Virus record (IMG/VR): IMGVR_UViG_3300036715_003541
Location: 1-64,000 of that record
DNA: 64,000 bases
Direction: 5' to 3' (one strand)
Origin: a virus
The translations under genes were made by a program, and so were the position numbers. This document shows, piece by piece, positions 8,448-19,035 of the stretch. Position 1 is the stretch's first letter. The number at the start of each line of letters is the position of its first letter. The notes under the pieces are model-generated. The model had not been told where the DNA came from. It searched no databases and was given only the letters and a program-made list of their open reading frames with translations.

Positions 8448-11351
8448 TTAGTTTACAGAAACTACTTTAGTACCAGTTAAAGTTTTATTTAATGTTAACC
8501 AAAGTTCATTCGAACCATCAAAAACAACTTTTGATGCAAAGTAGTCAACATCTTCAACAAGAGTTACACCATCCAATTTAACAACTGGGGAAGCACTTCC
8601 TGTATAAGACTTAACACGTAATACTGGGTTTTTCAAAGTTTTTGTACTTAAAGTAAATGTTGCAGATAAAACATTTGCGTTTGCTGTAAATGTATATGCA
8701 CTATATACTGGATCGAAACTTGAACTACCATAACTCAAAGATGTTGAGTCACTTACACCAGCTGGACCGGATGTTGTTACACTTCCTGTAGACGCTGATA
8801 CTGTTGCTTCCAAGGAATATTGCGAATCAGTTACAATTGAATCAACAGATCCTTTTGATCCCAAGTTAAACAATAAACTGTAGCTTCGTTTTGGATATCC
8901 AGAGGAGGAAGATGCGTCACCATATGTTGGGAATGAAGTTTGACCAATTGAACCCATGTTTGTACCCCAAGCCATTAACTTTGAGTTAGCGTCATAAGGT
9001 AAATTGTATTGATTTAATTGATATGTCCAATTCCAGTCATAAGGTAAACCAGAAGCTCCAATACCAGAGTCAACAATTCGTGTGGAACTTGTTTTACCCC
9101 AATTTGTATAGAACCAACCTTGACCAGCATCCTTAGCTGTATATTTTTCAGTTTGAACCAATGACATTTCACTGTTATTTGAATTTGTCCACATTACAGT
9201 GTGTGGCATAAGTGTGGCTACATTGTATATCCATGTTCCTGATGAAAGTGATACTGGTGAACTTGTTGTTCTAAATTTATAATGGTCACCCCATCCTAAA
9301 CCAGAAATTGGTCCTTCAACACCATCATATTTCAATGCTCCGTAAGGTGAGCGATCATCTGCATTAAATGCATTTGCCGCTAACAAAGAGCTATCAATAG
9401 TATGAGCCCAAACAATACTGTCACGACCCGTTGAAAACACATAATGAATTTTTGTTTTTACTGGTCTATCAACTTGTGGGTAAGTAGGTAGCTCACCCTG
9501 TGAACGTAGTACATCCCAAGAGTATTCGTAAATAGAATGATGCTTTCCTGCGAAAATCGTTCTAAATGTACCCGCAGCACGACGTGATGACATTGTATCT
9601 CGATCTGCACCACCAGATAAATGATGTACTGTATATCCCCAGCCTGGAGCCTCTGTTCTTGCAGCTGCGTCCACCACTGTTGAGGCAAGTAAGTAACTGC
9701 ATTTTACGATATAACCACCATAAAAACCAGATGGGTCTAAAGCGTCATTTCTAACTAAATAACATGATCTTTCTTTATTCGCAGAATCTTTCCATGTAAA
9801 CAAATCTGAATTATATCCAGACAAACTCACATTCGAATATGCAATTGCTGCAAATGGTGTAGGTGGAGCTACAATTGAATCGTTTACACTAAATGTATGT
9901 GTGCCTGTGAAGCTTTTCTTTAAAACAACAAATAATGTTTGACTTGCACTATCAAGAGAAGTTACATAATCAGTAGTTGTTAAAGTAATATCATCATACT
10001 TTAAATCTGTTGGAACAGCTGTTGTATATGGCTTAATTCTAAACATAGGATTAACAACCGTTTTTGTACCAGCAGCCATACTCACAACCATCGCATTGTA
10101 AGTGTCAGGTGTTACATCAATTGTTCCATAAATTGGATTATATCCATTTGATAAACTAACCGTATCTGACCTGCCAATACCAGCAACAGAAGTTGTTACC
10201 AAAGAACCACGAGTTGCTGTTGTTGCCAATGCTACCAATGCTTCTTGACGAGTTACGGCTGTTGATGTTACTGTTTTTTGACCAAGCAATACATACAAAG
10301 AATAACTTTGATATGGATAACCTGTAATTGTACCTACACCACCAGTTGCATATTTAGAGGCTGAATTTGTACCAACTGCACCATATTGCATTTGCCAACC
10401 AATAGGCTTTGAAGTTGTTGTTGGTAATTGCCATTGATGCAATGAATATGTCCAGTTCCAATCATATGGCATATTTGGAGTTGCTGGCATACCAGAGTCA
10501 ACTACTTTTGTTGCTGATGTTTTTGTCCAATTTGTATACAACATTCCTTGTCCAGCATCTTGTTTTGTATAAGGTGATGTTGCTAACAAACCAATTTCAG
10601 CATTTTTTGTGTTATTCCAAGAATAAACATAAGGTAATGTGTTTGCAACATTGTATGTCCATGTTGAACTCATCGTTGCGGGGGCACTTGTAGTTAAAAA
10701 TTTGTATTTATCACCCCAACCCACACCGTCAATAGTTGATGTTGCTACATCTGCATACTCTAAATCTCCATAAGGTGATTTAGCATCCCCCGAATAACCC
10801 GCCAATGCATATGAACTTGTATCATGTGTTACAGTATATACTGGATGATCTTTTCCAGAAATAAACATCCATTGTACTTTTACTGGAACATTAATAACTG
10901 CTCCTCCAGATGATTTTAATTGAGAGTAACTATACTCAATGATTGTATGCTCCGCACCCGAAGATACAACTGTCTTTACTCCACCAGGTGTGTATTTTGT
11001 GGAAAACAAAACATAGTCACTTCCCCTTTGCGTTGCAGCAAAACCAAAACCAGGTTGAGTCGCCCCTGCCGTAACAGTCCGTGTTACATTTGTTGGTAAT
11101 ACATATGTGTATTTACGAAGATAACCACCGTAAGATCCAGAAGGATCTGTTGTAGTGGTTGGATCTACCATAAATGCGGTACGTGTTTTTCCACCTGAAT
11201 CTGTCCAAGAAACTGTTGTTCCAACATAACCAGCATCTGTTGTTGCAGATGAAGTTAACTTACTGGTTGATTTACCGACATCAATATTATTTTCACACGC
11301 CAGTGAAAATAAAGTAAATAGTAAAATCATTAATGACATTATTTTTTTCAT
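8448..11351 (-). CDS. Secreted lipoprotein-like protein with two tandem ~450-aa domains (moron)
   Basis: GAGGAG RBS before ATG 11351. Signal MKKIMSLMILLFTLFSLA-C with lipobox. Duplicated motifs GWGDxYKF, DAGQG and PYDWNWTY. Confidence 0.75.
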   Translation of the reverse strand: MKKIMSLMILLFTLFSLACENNIDVGKSTSKLTSSATTDAGYVGTTVSWTDSGGKTRTAFMVDPTTTTDPSGSYGGYLRKYTYVLPTNVTRTVTAGATQPGFGFAATQRGSDYVLFSTKYTPGGVKTVVSSGAEHTIIEYSYSQLKSSGGAVINVPVKVQWMFISGKDHPVYTVTHDTSSYALAGYSGDAKSPYGDLEYADVATSTIDGVGWGDKYKFLTTSAPATMSSTWTYNVANTLPYVYSWNNTKNAEIGLLATSPYTKQDAGQGMLYTNWTKTSATKVVDSGMPATPNMPYDWNWTYSLHQWQLPTTTSKPIGWQMQYGAVGTNSASKYATGGVGTITGYPYQSYSLYVLLGQKTVTSTAVTRQEALVALATTATRGSLVTTSVAGIGRSDTVSLSNGYNPIYGTIDVTPDTYNAMVVSMAAGTKTVVNPMFRIKPYTTAVPTDLKYDDITLTTTDYVTSLDSASQTLFVVLKKSFTGTHTFSVNDSIVAPPTPFAAIAYSNVSLSGYNSDLFTWKDSANKERSCYLVRNDALDPSGFYGGYIVKCSYLLASTVVDAAARTEAPGWGYTVHHLSGGADRDTMSSRRAAGTFRTIFAGKHHSIYEYSWDVLRSQGELPTYPQVDRPVKTKIHYVFSTGRDSIVWAHTIDSSLLAANAFNADDRSPYGALKYDGVEGPISGLGWGDHYKFRTTSSPVSLSSGTWIYNVATLMPHTVMWTNSNNSEMSLVQTEKYTAKDAGQGWFYTNWGKTSSTRIVDSGIGASGLPYDWNWTYQLNQYNLPYDANSKLMAWGTNMGSIGQTSFPTYGDASSSSGYPKRSYSLLFNLGSKGSVDSIVTDSQYSLEATVSASTGSVTTSGPAGVSDSTSLSYGSSSFDPVYSAYTFTANANVLSATFTLSTKTLKNPVLRVKSYTGSASPVVKLDGVTLVEDVDYFASKVVFDGSNELWLTLNKTLTGTKVVSVN

Positions 11352-11389
11352 ACTACTCCTCATTGTCATACCCAAAATATGACTCACAA

Positions 11390-11419
11390 AATATAAGACG
11401 CGCTCAACAAAAATGTCAA
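11390..11419 (-). promoter_or_regulatory. Sigma70-type promoter
   Basis: Perfect TTGACA (11414-11419), 17-18 nt spacer, then TTATAT/TATATT, about 40 nt upstream of ATG 11351. Confidence 0.65.
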
Positions 11420-11444
11420 GCGCCTCGTGTCGTTTAAATTTCAA

Positions 11445-12509
11445 TCAAACATCTGTTTCAATGTACTGACTGATAACATCTATTGATGTTGCCGCAGCTG
11501 TTGTTCCATTATTAATCCATATTTGTAAATCTAATAATTGAGTATCCGCTGGTCTACGTGTGGAAATTTGATCATCATATGTAGCACCATTATCTAATCG
11601 TAATAACCTTGTTGAAATTTTACTTGTAACAGGTGTACTTATAATAGTTACTTCATATGGAATATTTATAGTTTGTGCAGGAAAACCGGCGCCAGCATCA
11701 GTTAACAATGCACCAACTGTTGTGTCATTTTGAATTAAATTTACATTCGCTCCACCTGCATCACAACCAAAACCAATAACATTTGTAAGTGTGCTTGGAT
11801 TAACGTTACCAATAACGGCAGCTGATCCAATTAAACCAACAAACCATCTATTTGTTGCGTTAGCTGTACTTACAAAAAATCTTGCTTTGTAAATAAAACC
11901 ACCACGATTCAACGCGCCACCAACTGTAAATTGTAAAGCACCATTTCTAATACCAGCGCTTGTTCCAGCAGTAGTAGAACTGACATAACCAATTCTTCGA
12001 GATTGTGTGGCAACGTTTGTTACCGCTACTGTTCTAGCAGTTGCAGTACCCGTTACAGTAGCGCCCATACCAATTGCAGATACAGTTGTACTATTTCCAT
12101 TTGCTGTAAAAAAACCAACTTTATTATCTGAAAGACATGGTTGTATAGGTGCATAGTTTAAACCAGGTCTATACATACAAAGTCTTTCATAATTTTTAAC
12201 AAGTTCTGTAAATAATACAACCCCACCCAGATAAGCTGGTGCTGTTGGTATTGTTGTAGTATTACCAACAACTAAACTACCTGTTGATTCTACTGTTAGC
12301 TTAGAAGCTCCTGCAAAAGCGCCTGCATTATTGTATTGCACTTGACCTGTAGTACCACCTGGTGAGCCGCTGCCACCAGTAACAGCTACTGTTGCAGTTG
12401 AACCAGATACTGTTGCCGCGACAGCAGTGCCAGTGAAATTAACTGTGTTTACAGGACCTTGATCAGCCCCTTCATCTTGTATAATAATAGGTGGATTATA
12501 TAAAGGCAT
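11445..12509 (-). CDS. Fibre/appendage structural protein
   Basis: IQDEG...VNFTG start, fibre-type GQVQYNNAGAFAG motif and a lectin-like C-terminal domain. Confidence 0.7.
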   Translation of the reverse strand: MPLYNPPIIIQDEGADQGPVNTVNFTGTAVAATVSGSTATVAVTGGSGSPGGTTGQVQYNNAGAFAGASKLTVESTGSLVVGNTTTIPTAPAYLGGVVLFTELVKNYERLCMYRPGLNYAPIQPCLSDNKVGFFTANGNSTTVSAIGMGATVTGTATARTVAVTNVATQSRRIGYVSSTTAGTSAGIRNGALQFTVGGALNRGGFIYKARFFVSTANATNRWFVGLIGSAAVIGNVNPSTLTNVIGFGCDAGGANVNLIQNDTTVGALLTDAGAGFPAQTINIPYEVTIISTPVTSKISTRLLRLDNGATYDDQISTRRPADTQLLDLQIWINNGTTAAATSIDVISQYIETDV

Positions 12510-12519
12510 AACTAAACTC

Positions 12520-13899
12520 TCATGTTAACTGTGTGATACGAGCACTGCCAACCGCAGATACCCATATACCATCTATAACACCAGTATAAGAAGAAGGAAC
12601 TTCATAATAACCTGATGGAGCAATTTTTACCGTAAAAGATGTTGTCGATGCTGTGGCACCAAGTTTTAAATATAAGAAGGAAGAACTATCATTATAAAAT
12701 GTAGCCCCTTTTCTTAATGTATTTAATGCCAATAAAGTAACGGTTGTTATGGATGCCGCAACGCTTGTTATTGCACTTGTTGTTGAAGTGTCAGTGGTAA
12801 CAGGAATAGCTGGTTGATCGGAGGCTAAAACAACTGGAGCAGAGTTTGCTGATGTTTTTTGACCTAATGTATTTAATCTTGCTGTTAAAGTTGCATCTAA
12901 TGCTAAACCATTAGTTGTACCAATATTCGCTGTTACTGTACCTGATACAACAGCATTTAAATTGCTTCCAGTCGCTTGTGTGACAGTAACAGTACCAGAA
13001 ACAGCTTGCGTTCCAGATGGAATATTACGCACAATTAATCCATATTCAGAACCAACTGGAGTTGTATTTGTTAAAGCAGCATTATTTGTGCCATCACTTA
13101 TCTTAGTGCGTGCTGTACCGCCTGTTAAAGTTGCATCTAACGCCAAACCACCAGTTGTACCAATGTTAGCTGTTACTGTACCAGTAACAATAGCGTTTAA
13201 ATTGCTTCCTGTAGATTGCGTAACTGTAACAGTACCTGATACAGGCTGTGTTGTTGTACCTGTTGGATCAATCCTTACAGTGCCATCTGTAGCGACTCTA
13301 ACAGCTTTTAACAGAGTTCCGTCAGATCCACCCATAAATGTAGCGGAAGCTGGTACAGCTGAACCTGTGGCAGAAACAGAGGCATTGTTAAAATTACCTG
13401 AAGCAACAACAGTTGCATTTAAGTTTGCGGCTGTTGCTTGTGTGACAGTAACAGTACCAGAAACAGCTTGCGTTCCAGATGGAATATTACGCACAATTAA
13501 TCCATATTCAGAACCACCTGGAGTTGTATTTGTTAAAGCGGCATTATTTGTACCGTCACTTATCTTAGTACGTGCTGTACCGCCTGTTAAAGTTGCATCT
13601 AACGCCAAACCACCAGTTGTGCCTACGTTTGCAGTAACAGTACCAGTAACAACAGCGTTTAAATTGCTTCCTGTAGATTGCGTAACTGTAACGGTACCAG
13701 ATACAGGTTGAGTTGTTGTTCCAGATGGATCAACTTTTAAAACACCAGTATTATCTGTTTTTAAATATCTAAAATTAGTACCATCAGAACCAGCAACTGT
13801 TAAAGCAGAAGTAGTAGCAGTAACTGCTTTACCATTTGTGATAGCGGCTTCATAGCCATCGCTATTATAAATAATTGAAATTGGGGACTCTAAAGACAT
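12520..13899 (-). CDS. Fibre-like structural protein with internal duplication
   Basis: QPVSGTVTV/VSGTVTAN repeats and a C-terminal LRKGATFYN...YTGVIDGIW domain. Confidence 0.7.
   Translation of the reverse strand: MSLESPISIIYNSDGYEAAITNGKAVTATTSALTVAGSDGTNFRYLKTDNTGVLKVDPSGTTTQPVSGTVTVTQSTGSNLNAVVTGTVTANVGTTGGLALDATLTGGTARTKISDGTNNAALTNTTPGGSEYGLIVRNIPSGTQAVSGTVTVTQATAANLNATVVASGNFNNASVSATGSAVPASATFMGGSDGTLLKAVRVATDGTVRIDPTGTTTQPVSGTVTVTQSTGSNLNAIVTGTVTANIGTTGGLALDATLTGGTARTKISDGTNNAALTNTTPVGSEYGLIVRNIPSGTQAVSGTVTVTQATGSNLNAVVSGTVTANIGTTNGLALDATLTARLNTLGQKTSANSAPVVLASDQPAIPVTTDTSTTSAITSVAASITTVTLLALNTLRKGATFYNDSSSFLYLKLGATASTTSFTVKIAPSGYYEVPSSYTGVIDGIWVSAVGSARITQLT
12974..13722. repeat. ~290-nt intragenic direct repeat, offset 462 nt
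   Basis: 12974-13260 closely matches 13436-13722, mostly with third-position differences. Confidence 0.9.
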
Positions 13900-13920
13900 T
13901 TTTTTACCTTACTTTTAAAA

Positions 13921-14643
13921 TTAAGAAATTACACGCACTCTACTTACTTCAAAAACACCTGAGTAAGTTATATTTTCTGTACAAGTTGTTACGATAGCAT
14001 TAAATTCATCATATACATGCCACAATATTTGATTAACTGTTTTATTTGGATTATAAGATATTGTCTTATCATATATCTTGTTTGTTTTAGCTATAGATGT
14101 ATACCATGTAATTACCTCAGGAAATGGTGTACCATAAACATTTATAATTTCTTTATAAGCACCAGAGGCGTACCCTTCAAAAGGTCCATTTATAGATAAG
14201 TGTATTAGTTTCCTAATAGAATCATGATCAATATAAGATGGAGATCCATCCACAATGGATAAAAAATACCCATCTGCACCAGGCAATAAAGCTTCCCATT
14301 GTGTACTATTTAAAAATGGAATAGCACCTGGAGCTTGACTTAATAAATGAAAATTAATAACATTTGGATTTGGGAAGTAACCATCTAAATCCCCACCTAC
14401 CGGACCTGTTACAGTAGTGCTAACTTCCAATGGAAACCAATAAACATTAGAATCATCTCTACGATAAATTGTATTTGTATCTGTTCTCCAAATAACTTCA
14501 CCTGGATATGTAGATACTGGAAATGAACTTAAAGCTGGTAAAGATAATATACCACCATGCGCCCTATCAAATGAATAAGCACCTGTAATTGTTTTATCCG
14601 AAGAATCATTTATATTTACTTGAACTATAGCTACTGCGCTCAT
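13921..14643 (-). CDS. Structural protein (fibre-associated)
   Basis: GGDLDGYFPNP fibre-type motif and LPGADGYFL; located in the structural cluster. Confidence 0.6.
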   Translation of the reverse strand: MSAVAIVQVNINDSSDKTITGAYSFDRAHGGILSLPALSSFPVSTYPGEVIWRTDTNTIYRRDDSNVYWFPLEVSTTVTGPVGGDLDGYFPNPNVINFHLLSQAPGAIPFLNSTQWEALLPGADGYFLSIVDGSPSYIDHDSIRKLIHLSINGPFEGYASGAYKEIINVYGTPFPEVITWYTSIAKTNKIYDKTISYNPNKTVNQILWHVYDEFNAIVTTCTENITYSGVFEVSRVRVIS

Positions 14644-14659
14644 ACTATCCTCATAAATG

Positions 14660-15364
14660 TCATATAATTCTTATGTATTCAACGTTCTTTATATAGTTCC
14701 TATCATAAACAATATTTATTGTTAACAAAGATACCACAGACCCTATATTATTATAGCATATTGAATTTACTTTTGTTATTTTATTTAGTGTATAAAATAT
14801 TTCATATTCTTGATTTTTTTCAGCTAATGTATTATCCTTATATATTGTGTAATTTATTGGTTTTTGTACAGTGTATCCATCATATGTAATTACACCATAA
14901 CCATCAATAACATAATCATGTGCTAATGTATTTAATCTTTCATGACTATTTATAGAAAGACCTGTTGAATTTTGCGCCAAATAATCTAAAGCAGATTGAA
15001 CGTTATTTGCTGGTATCAAAGAAGTGGAATTATCATAGCCAATTACAGATGCACCAGATCTATAAATAAAATGACAATACCCATCTAAAGAATCTGATAT
15101 TGTTTCATATGTATTAAATGTACTATCTGATAGTATTTGTTTAATTGTAACATAGCCATCAATTGTACTTGTTTTTAAATAAACTCTATCAAAAATATCT
15201 GGCTTTAATTCATCAAACAATAAATTAAAACCAGAAACAGATAATATACCTGATGTAATAGAAGATAGTGTAATATTAGATACAAAAGAGTAATACCCAT
15301 CAGAAGAAATCTCTTTCTTATATGGTATATCAGATCTTTTAATATCAATATTACGTAAAGTCAT
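14660..15364 (-). CDS. Structural protein with five DGY motifs
   Basis: Contains the ANNVQSALDYL fibre-type helix. Start codon uncertain. Confidence 0.55.
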   Translation of the reverse strand: MTLRNIDIKRSDIPYKKEISSDGYYSFVSNITLSSITSGILSVSGFNLLFDELKPDIFDRVYLKTSTIDGYVTIKQILSDSTFNTYETISDSLDGYCHFIYRSGASVIGYDNSTSLIPANNVQSALDYLAQNSTGLSINSHERLNTLAHDYVIDGYGVITYDGYTVQKPINYTIYKDNTLAEKNQEYEIFYTLNKITKVNSICYNNIGSVVSLLTINIVYDRNYIKNVEYIRII

Positions 15365-15681
15365 TCTTTAGCCCAAGCATCCACTCTTACAACAGAGCTA
15401 CTTCCAGATTTTAATCGAAACCAAATTTTATTACATGTTCTATGATCAAATAACAATGCACCAACAGTTGCAGGATTTAATTCTCCATGCACCGTGAAAC
15501 CATTAAATGAATATTCAACAATACCAGTACCTTCATTATACAAAGAAAATGATTGTACCGGAAATGTAATTAATACATCAGGATAATAACCATCTACTGG
15601 TGAGCCAAATGTTGCACTTGATATTGTTTTCTTTTGAAAGAAGTTATAATCTCTTCCTAGTGATACTCTATAATCTGCCAT
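15361..15681 (-). CDS. Small beta-sandwich structural protein
   Basis: VEYSFNG...HGEL...KIWFR...VRVDAW; AGGAG RBS. Confidence 0.6.
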   Translation of the reverse strand: MADYRVSLGRDYNFFQKKTISSATFGSPVDGYYPDVLITFPVQSFSLYNEGTGIVEYSFNGFTVHGELNPATVGALLFDHRTCNKIWFRLKSGSSSVVRVDAWAKE

Positions 15682-15714
15682 AATACTCCTAAAATTATTA
15701 TCAAATTAATGCGA

Positions 15715-17136
15715 TTACATGTATATTATATATGTAATTACATCACCTTTTGTAAGTGACTGATAAAATTTAACATGTGTTGAATCTATTTCCATATAAG
15801 AAGCTGAACCTTCAATTGCACCAGGATGTTTTAATAATCCCCTAACAAATATCTGCATGTTTTGACCACTTACAGATGGAGTATAACTATTGCCACCAGG
15901 TAATACTCTTGTTGTATTTGCTGGCACATCTACTGATACAATTTCATTTACACGTAAACCTGTAGAAGATCCGCCTGATGCATTGCTTAATGCTTGTAAG
16001 CTTTGTGTGATACTTTGACCAGATGTTAGTATTCCACCTGAATAATTTCTATTTCCCACTTCAGCATTTATTAAATTAACAATATCCACAATAGATGGCG
16101 TAGTTGATAATCCACTGAAAATAAAATTTGTTGTTTTGTTTGTTAAATTACTATACAAATCTAAACTATTTGTAGCCCCAATCAAATTATAAACATCTGT
16201 TAAATTTACATTTTGAGGGCGACTATTTCTAAAAGAATTCTCATCAATCACATCTAATCTTTCTCTAAATGGATAGTAAAATTTCATAGAAGATGGTTGT
16301 GTGCCCTCCCAAGTATAAGGCACACCATGATCAATTGTATCTCCAATAGCTATTTTAAAAAAAGCAATTTCGACAGAATTTGGAGAGATGGAACTTCCTG
16401 CTCTTGTTCTACCAAATACTTGATAACCATCTGGTACACCTGTTTGATCAAAATCAACAAATGTTGACTCATAATTTAAAGAATCAGCACCATCAGAAAT
16501 AGGCACACCAAGATTGTTTATTAAATTCGCATGATGAAAATCACCTGTAGAAGATAATGTAATATATCCATCACCAATATTTACTGTACTTACTTTATTC
16601 TTAGTAATAACAAATGATTTTGCATCTGTTGTTTTGCCAGAAAGATTTGTTAAATTAGTAGGTATATTTGTGGATAAATCATTTGGTCTTAGATATGTCG
16701 GGATATCTGAGTAAAAACTAGATGTTCCTTTGATGTTTTTTCTATCTGTTCTTATATAGTTAATATCATCTTCTAAAGAATATGGCTTTCTTTCTTGCCA
16801 TGAAATACTTCCGTTATTACCATCTGTTGCACCAACACTATTTTCAATGGTAATAGATGTATTTGAGTTTACATTTTTTATTAGAAACGTTCCATTGTTA
16901 TTTGAATTTGATGCATTGTATATTGTAATAAAATTACCAATAGAATTGCTTGTAAAACCAGTTAATCCAGATATTTCTATATTAGCACCTAATATAATAG
17001 ATGCTGATGTACCTAATTTACCAGGTATTGTTTCACCAAGTTTATTAAACTCATCAATAAGAGACATTGATGAGTTTTGATTTAGTGATCCAGAAATATC
17101 AAGATCTTGTTTTAAGGAATTATATCTTGTAGTCAT
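15715..17136 (-). CDS. Virion structural protein
   Basis: 473 aa, S/N/T-rich, with NNNGTFLI and a C-terminal MQIFVRG...Y.E module. Confidence 0.6.
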   Translation of the reverse strand: MTTRYNSLKQDLDISGSLNQNSSMSLIDEFNKLGETIPGKLGTSASIILGANIEISGLTGFTSNSIGNFITIYNASNSNNNGTFLIKNVNSNTSITIENSVGATDGNNGSISWQERKPYSLEDDINYIRTDRKNIKGTSSFYSDIPTYLRPNDLSTNIPTNLTNLSGKTTDAKSFVITKNKVSTVNIGDGYITLSSTGDFHHANLINNLGVPISDGADSLNYESTFVDFDQTGVPDGYQVFGRTRAGSSISPNSVEIAFFKIAIGDTIDHGVPYTWEGTQPSSMKFYYPFRERLDVIDENSFRNSRPQNVNLTDVYNLIGATNSLDLYSNLTNKTTNFIFSGLSTTPSIVDIVNLINAEVGNRNYSGGILTSGQSITQSLQALSNASGGSSTGLRVNEIVSVDVPANTTRVLPGGNSYTPSVSGQNMQIFVRGLLKHPGAIEGSASYMEIDSTHVKFYQSLTKGDVITYIIYM

Positions 17137-17137
17137 T

Positions 17138-17740
17138 TTATACCCTTACAGTATAGCTGCAGCGTAAATCACTTAATGCACTTGGTAGGAAACTAATGAT
17201 TTCAATAGAATCATACCCACTACCTGTTCCGCCTGATTCTAACACGCGATAATCAACGCCTTCAAAAATACCCCTACCATTATGAGTAACTGAAATGTGG
17301 AACTTATTTCCATCATACAATCCATTTATAAATTTTTCAGGTGTGTAAAAAATTCTATTTGAACTATTTTTTATTCCTATTAAAAAAATATCCTCTCTTT
17401 TTGCGTATGTTAATGCGCCAATTGCAGCCGTCACTTCCAATCCGTTTGTAATACCAGCTGACATTAAAAATTGTTTTTGATTATCATTAAATTGCAATAA
17501 GTCAACATCAGAGCAAACAACACGTATTTCACCCGCTCTTATTTTTGTATTTAACTCACCTTTTAATAAAGATATTCTTATTTCAGATTCACCAACACCA
17601 CGGATAGCTAATAAATCTCGTGTGCATCCATATAAAATTGGATTTTGGAATATTTGTAATGTCTTTCTTATTGGCGAGATATTTAATACTATAAAACAAC
17701 CATATTGTTTTAAATAAGGACCAAAAGAATTATTTCCCAT
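17138..17740 (-). CDS. Virion structural protein
   Basis: GIKNSSNRIF...NG...GVDY module typical of phage structural proteins. Confidence 0.55.
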   Translation of the reverse strand: MGNNSFGPYLKQYGCFIVLNISPIRKTLQIFQNPILYGCTRDLLAIRGVGESEIRISLLKGELNTKIRAGEIRVVCSDVDLLQFNDNQKQFLMSAGITNGLEVTAAIGALTYAKREDIFLIGIKNSSNRIFYTPEKFINGLYDGNKFHISVTHNGRGIFEGVDYRVLESGGTGSGYDSIEIISFLPSALSDLRCSYTVRV

Positions 17741-18416
17741 CTTCCACCAATCTATCTTTAATCGTAATAGTCACTGTTCTTTCTACATTTGGATTTTCTT
17801 TGTTTGCTTTTACACCACCAAATAATTTTTCTAATAAATCAGAATAAGATGAAACAGTAACATCATGTTTGGTAATTTTTTCAGGTTCAGATCTCATTAA
17901 ATCTTCATCTTTTTTTAAGATGATTGTTTTTATTTCAGATTCTGATTTTTCTTTAATATCATCCATTGTTAAACGATATCTAACATGCAATAATTGTGTG
18001 ATATACTCTAAATTTCCAACAGCTGGTTGATTTGAACTATACTCATTATCATCAATATTAACACGCAAACATTTATCCAATGTGTTTTTTAAAATTCTAC
18101 AATAACTATCTTGCCATTGAGGATCTTTTTGATAATCTTGGTGAATATCATCCAATATGCCTTTTAACTTTTTAAATACCTTTAATTTAGCAACTGTTGC
18201 TTCAGAAATGAAAGATTCACTTCTATTATAATTTTGTAAGCCTCTTCTGGAGATAAATTCAGTTTCAGAATTTACATGCCTTGTATCAAATGCTAATTTT
18301 TGAAAACCATTTGTATTATTTAATAGTGACTTTCTAAAAAACAAATATTCTTGACGTTTAGAGATACCATCTCTTACATCAAGAATAGTTTTTATTATAT
18401 CCAACTGAATGCTCAT
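17730..18416 (-). CDS. Hypothetical protein
   Basis: 228-aa ORF overlapping the next gene. Confidence 0.7.
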   Translation of the reverse strand: MSIQLDIIKTILDVRDGISKRQEYLFFRKSLLNNTNGFQKLAFDTRHVNSETEFISRRGLQNYNRSESFISEATVAKLKVFKKLKGILDDIHQDYQKDPQWQDSYCRILKNTLDKCLRVNIDDNEYSSNQPAVGNLEYITQLLHVRYRLTMDDIKEKSESEIKTIILKKDEDLMRSEPEKITKHDVTVSSYSDLLEKLFGGVKANKENPNVERTVTITIKDRLVEDGK

Positions 18417-18450
18417 GGATATATGACTTTTTAGCCATTATATTCCAATT

Positions 18451-19017
18451 TCATTTTTTTAATTTTTTAAGAGTTTTCAAAGCATCATCTGCTTTTTTAG
18501 CTATCTTCTTGGCTTTTTGGGCGATTGCCGATGTTTTATGTACATCTGCATTACCAGCTCCTGGAGTTGCTTGTAATGAACCTGCAGGAAAAGCGGGCGA
18601 GCCAGGAGCGATTACTCCACGTTCATCTGCACGTGGCTTTTGACTCACATATTGAGCTTTAGAAACTGCATCTTTAATCAATTGTGGTTCAGCTGGATTT
18701 CCGGTAGCTGGATAACCATGCTGTTTGCAATAATCAATTACAGCTTGATACAATTTTGGTCCCCAAAGTTTTGGATTATGTGCAGATGGCACATAAAAAC
18801 CTTGCATAAGCAACATGTAATAAACTTCTTCTTTTTCTGGAAGACTTTCCCATGTTTTAGAAAAAGCAGTCCATGGTTGTGGAGCGTGAACAACTTTTTG
18901 TGGGGTTACAGATTGATGACCAACGCCAATAGGACCTAGTGGCATCCTTGATTGATTTTCTGTTTCCGGAAATGATGCATATTGACCATATTTTGCGAAT
19001 AATTTATATAAACTCAT
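18451..19017 (-). CDS. Hypothetical protein with degenerate peptidoglycan-binding-like motif
   Basis: LLMQGFY...LWGPKLYQAVIDY resembles PG_binding_1 (GxFGxxTxxAV); basic C-terminus. Confidence 0.45.
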   Translation of the reverse strand: MSLYKLFAKYGQYASFPETENQSRMPLGPIGVGHQSVTPQKVVHAPQPWTAFSKTWESLPEKEEVYYMLLMQGFYVPSAHNPKLWGPKLYQAVIDYCKQHGYPATGNPAEPQLIKDAVSKAQYVSQKPRADERGVIAPGSPAFPAGSLQATPGAGNADVHKTSAIAQKAKKIAKKADDALKTLKKLKK

Positions 19018-19035
19018 AAGTTCATGTTAAAATAA

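Noticed and set aside
12962-13711. 249-aa + strand ORF
   Set aside because: Antisense shadow of the repetitive fibre gene; no RBS or independent features.
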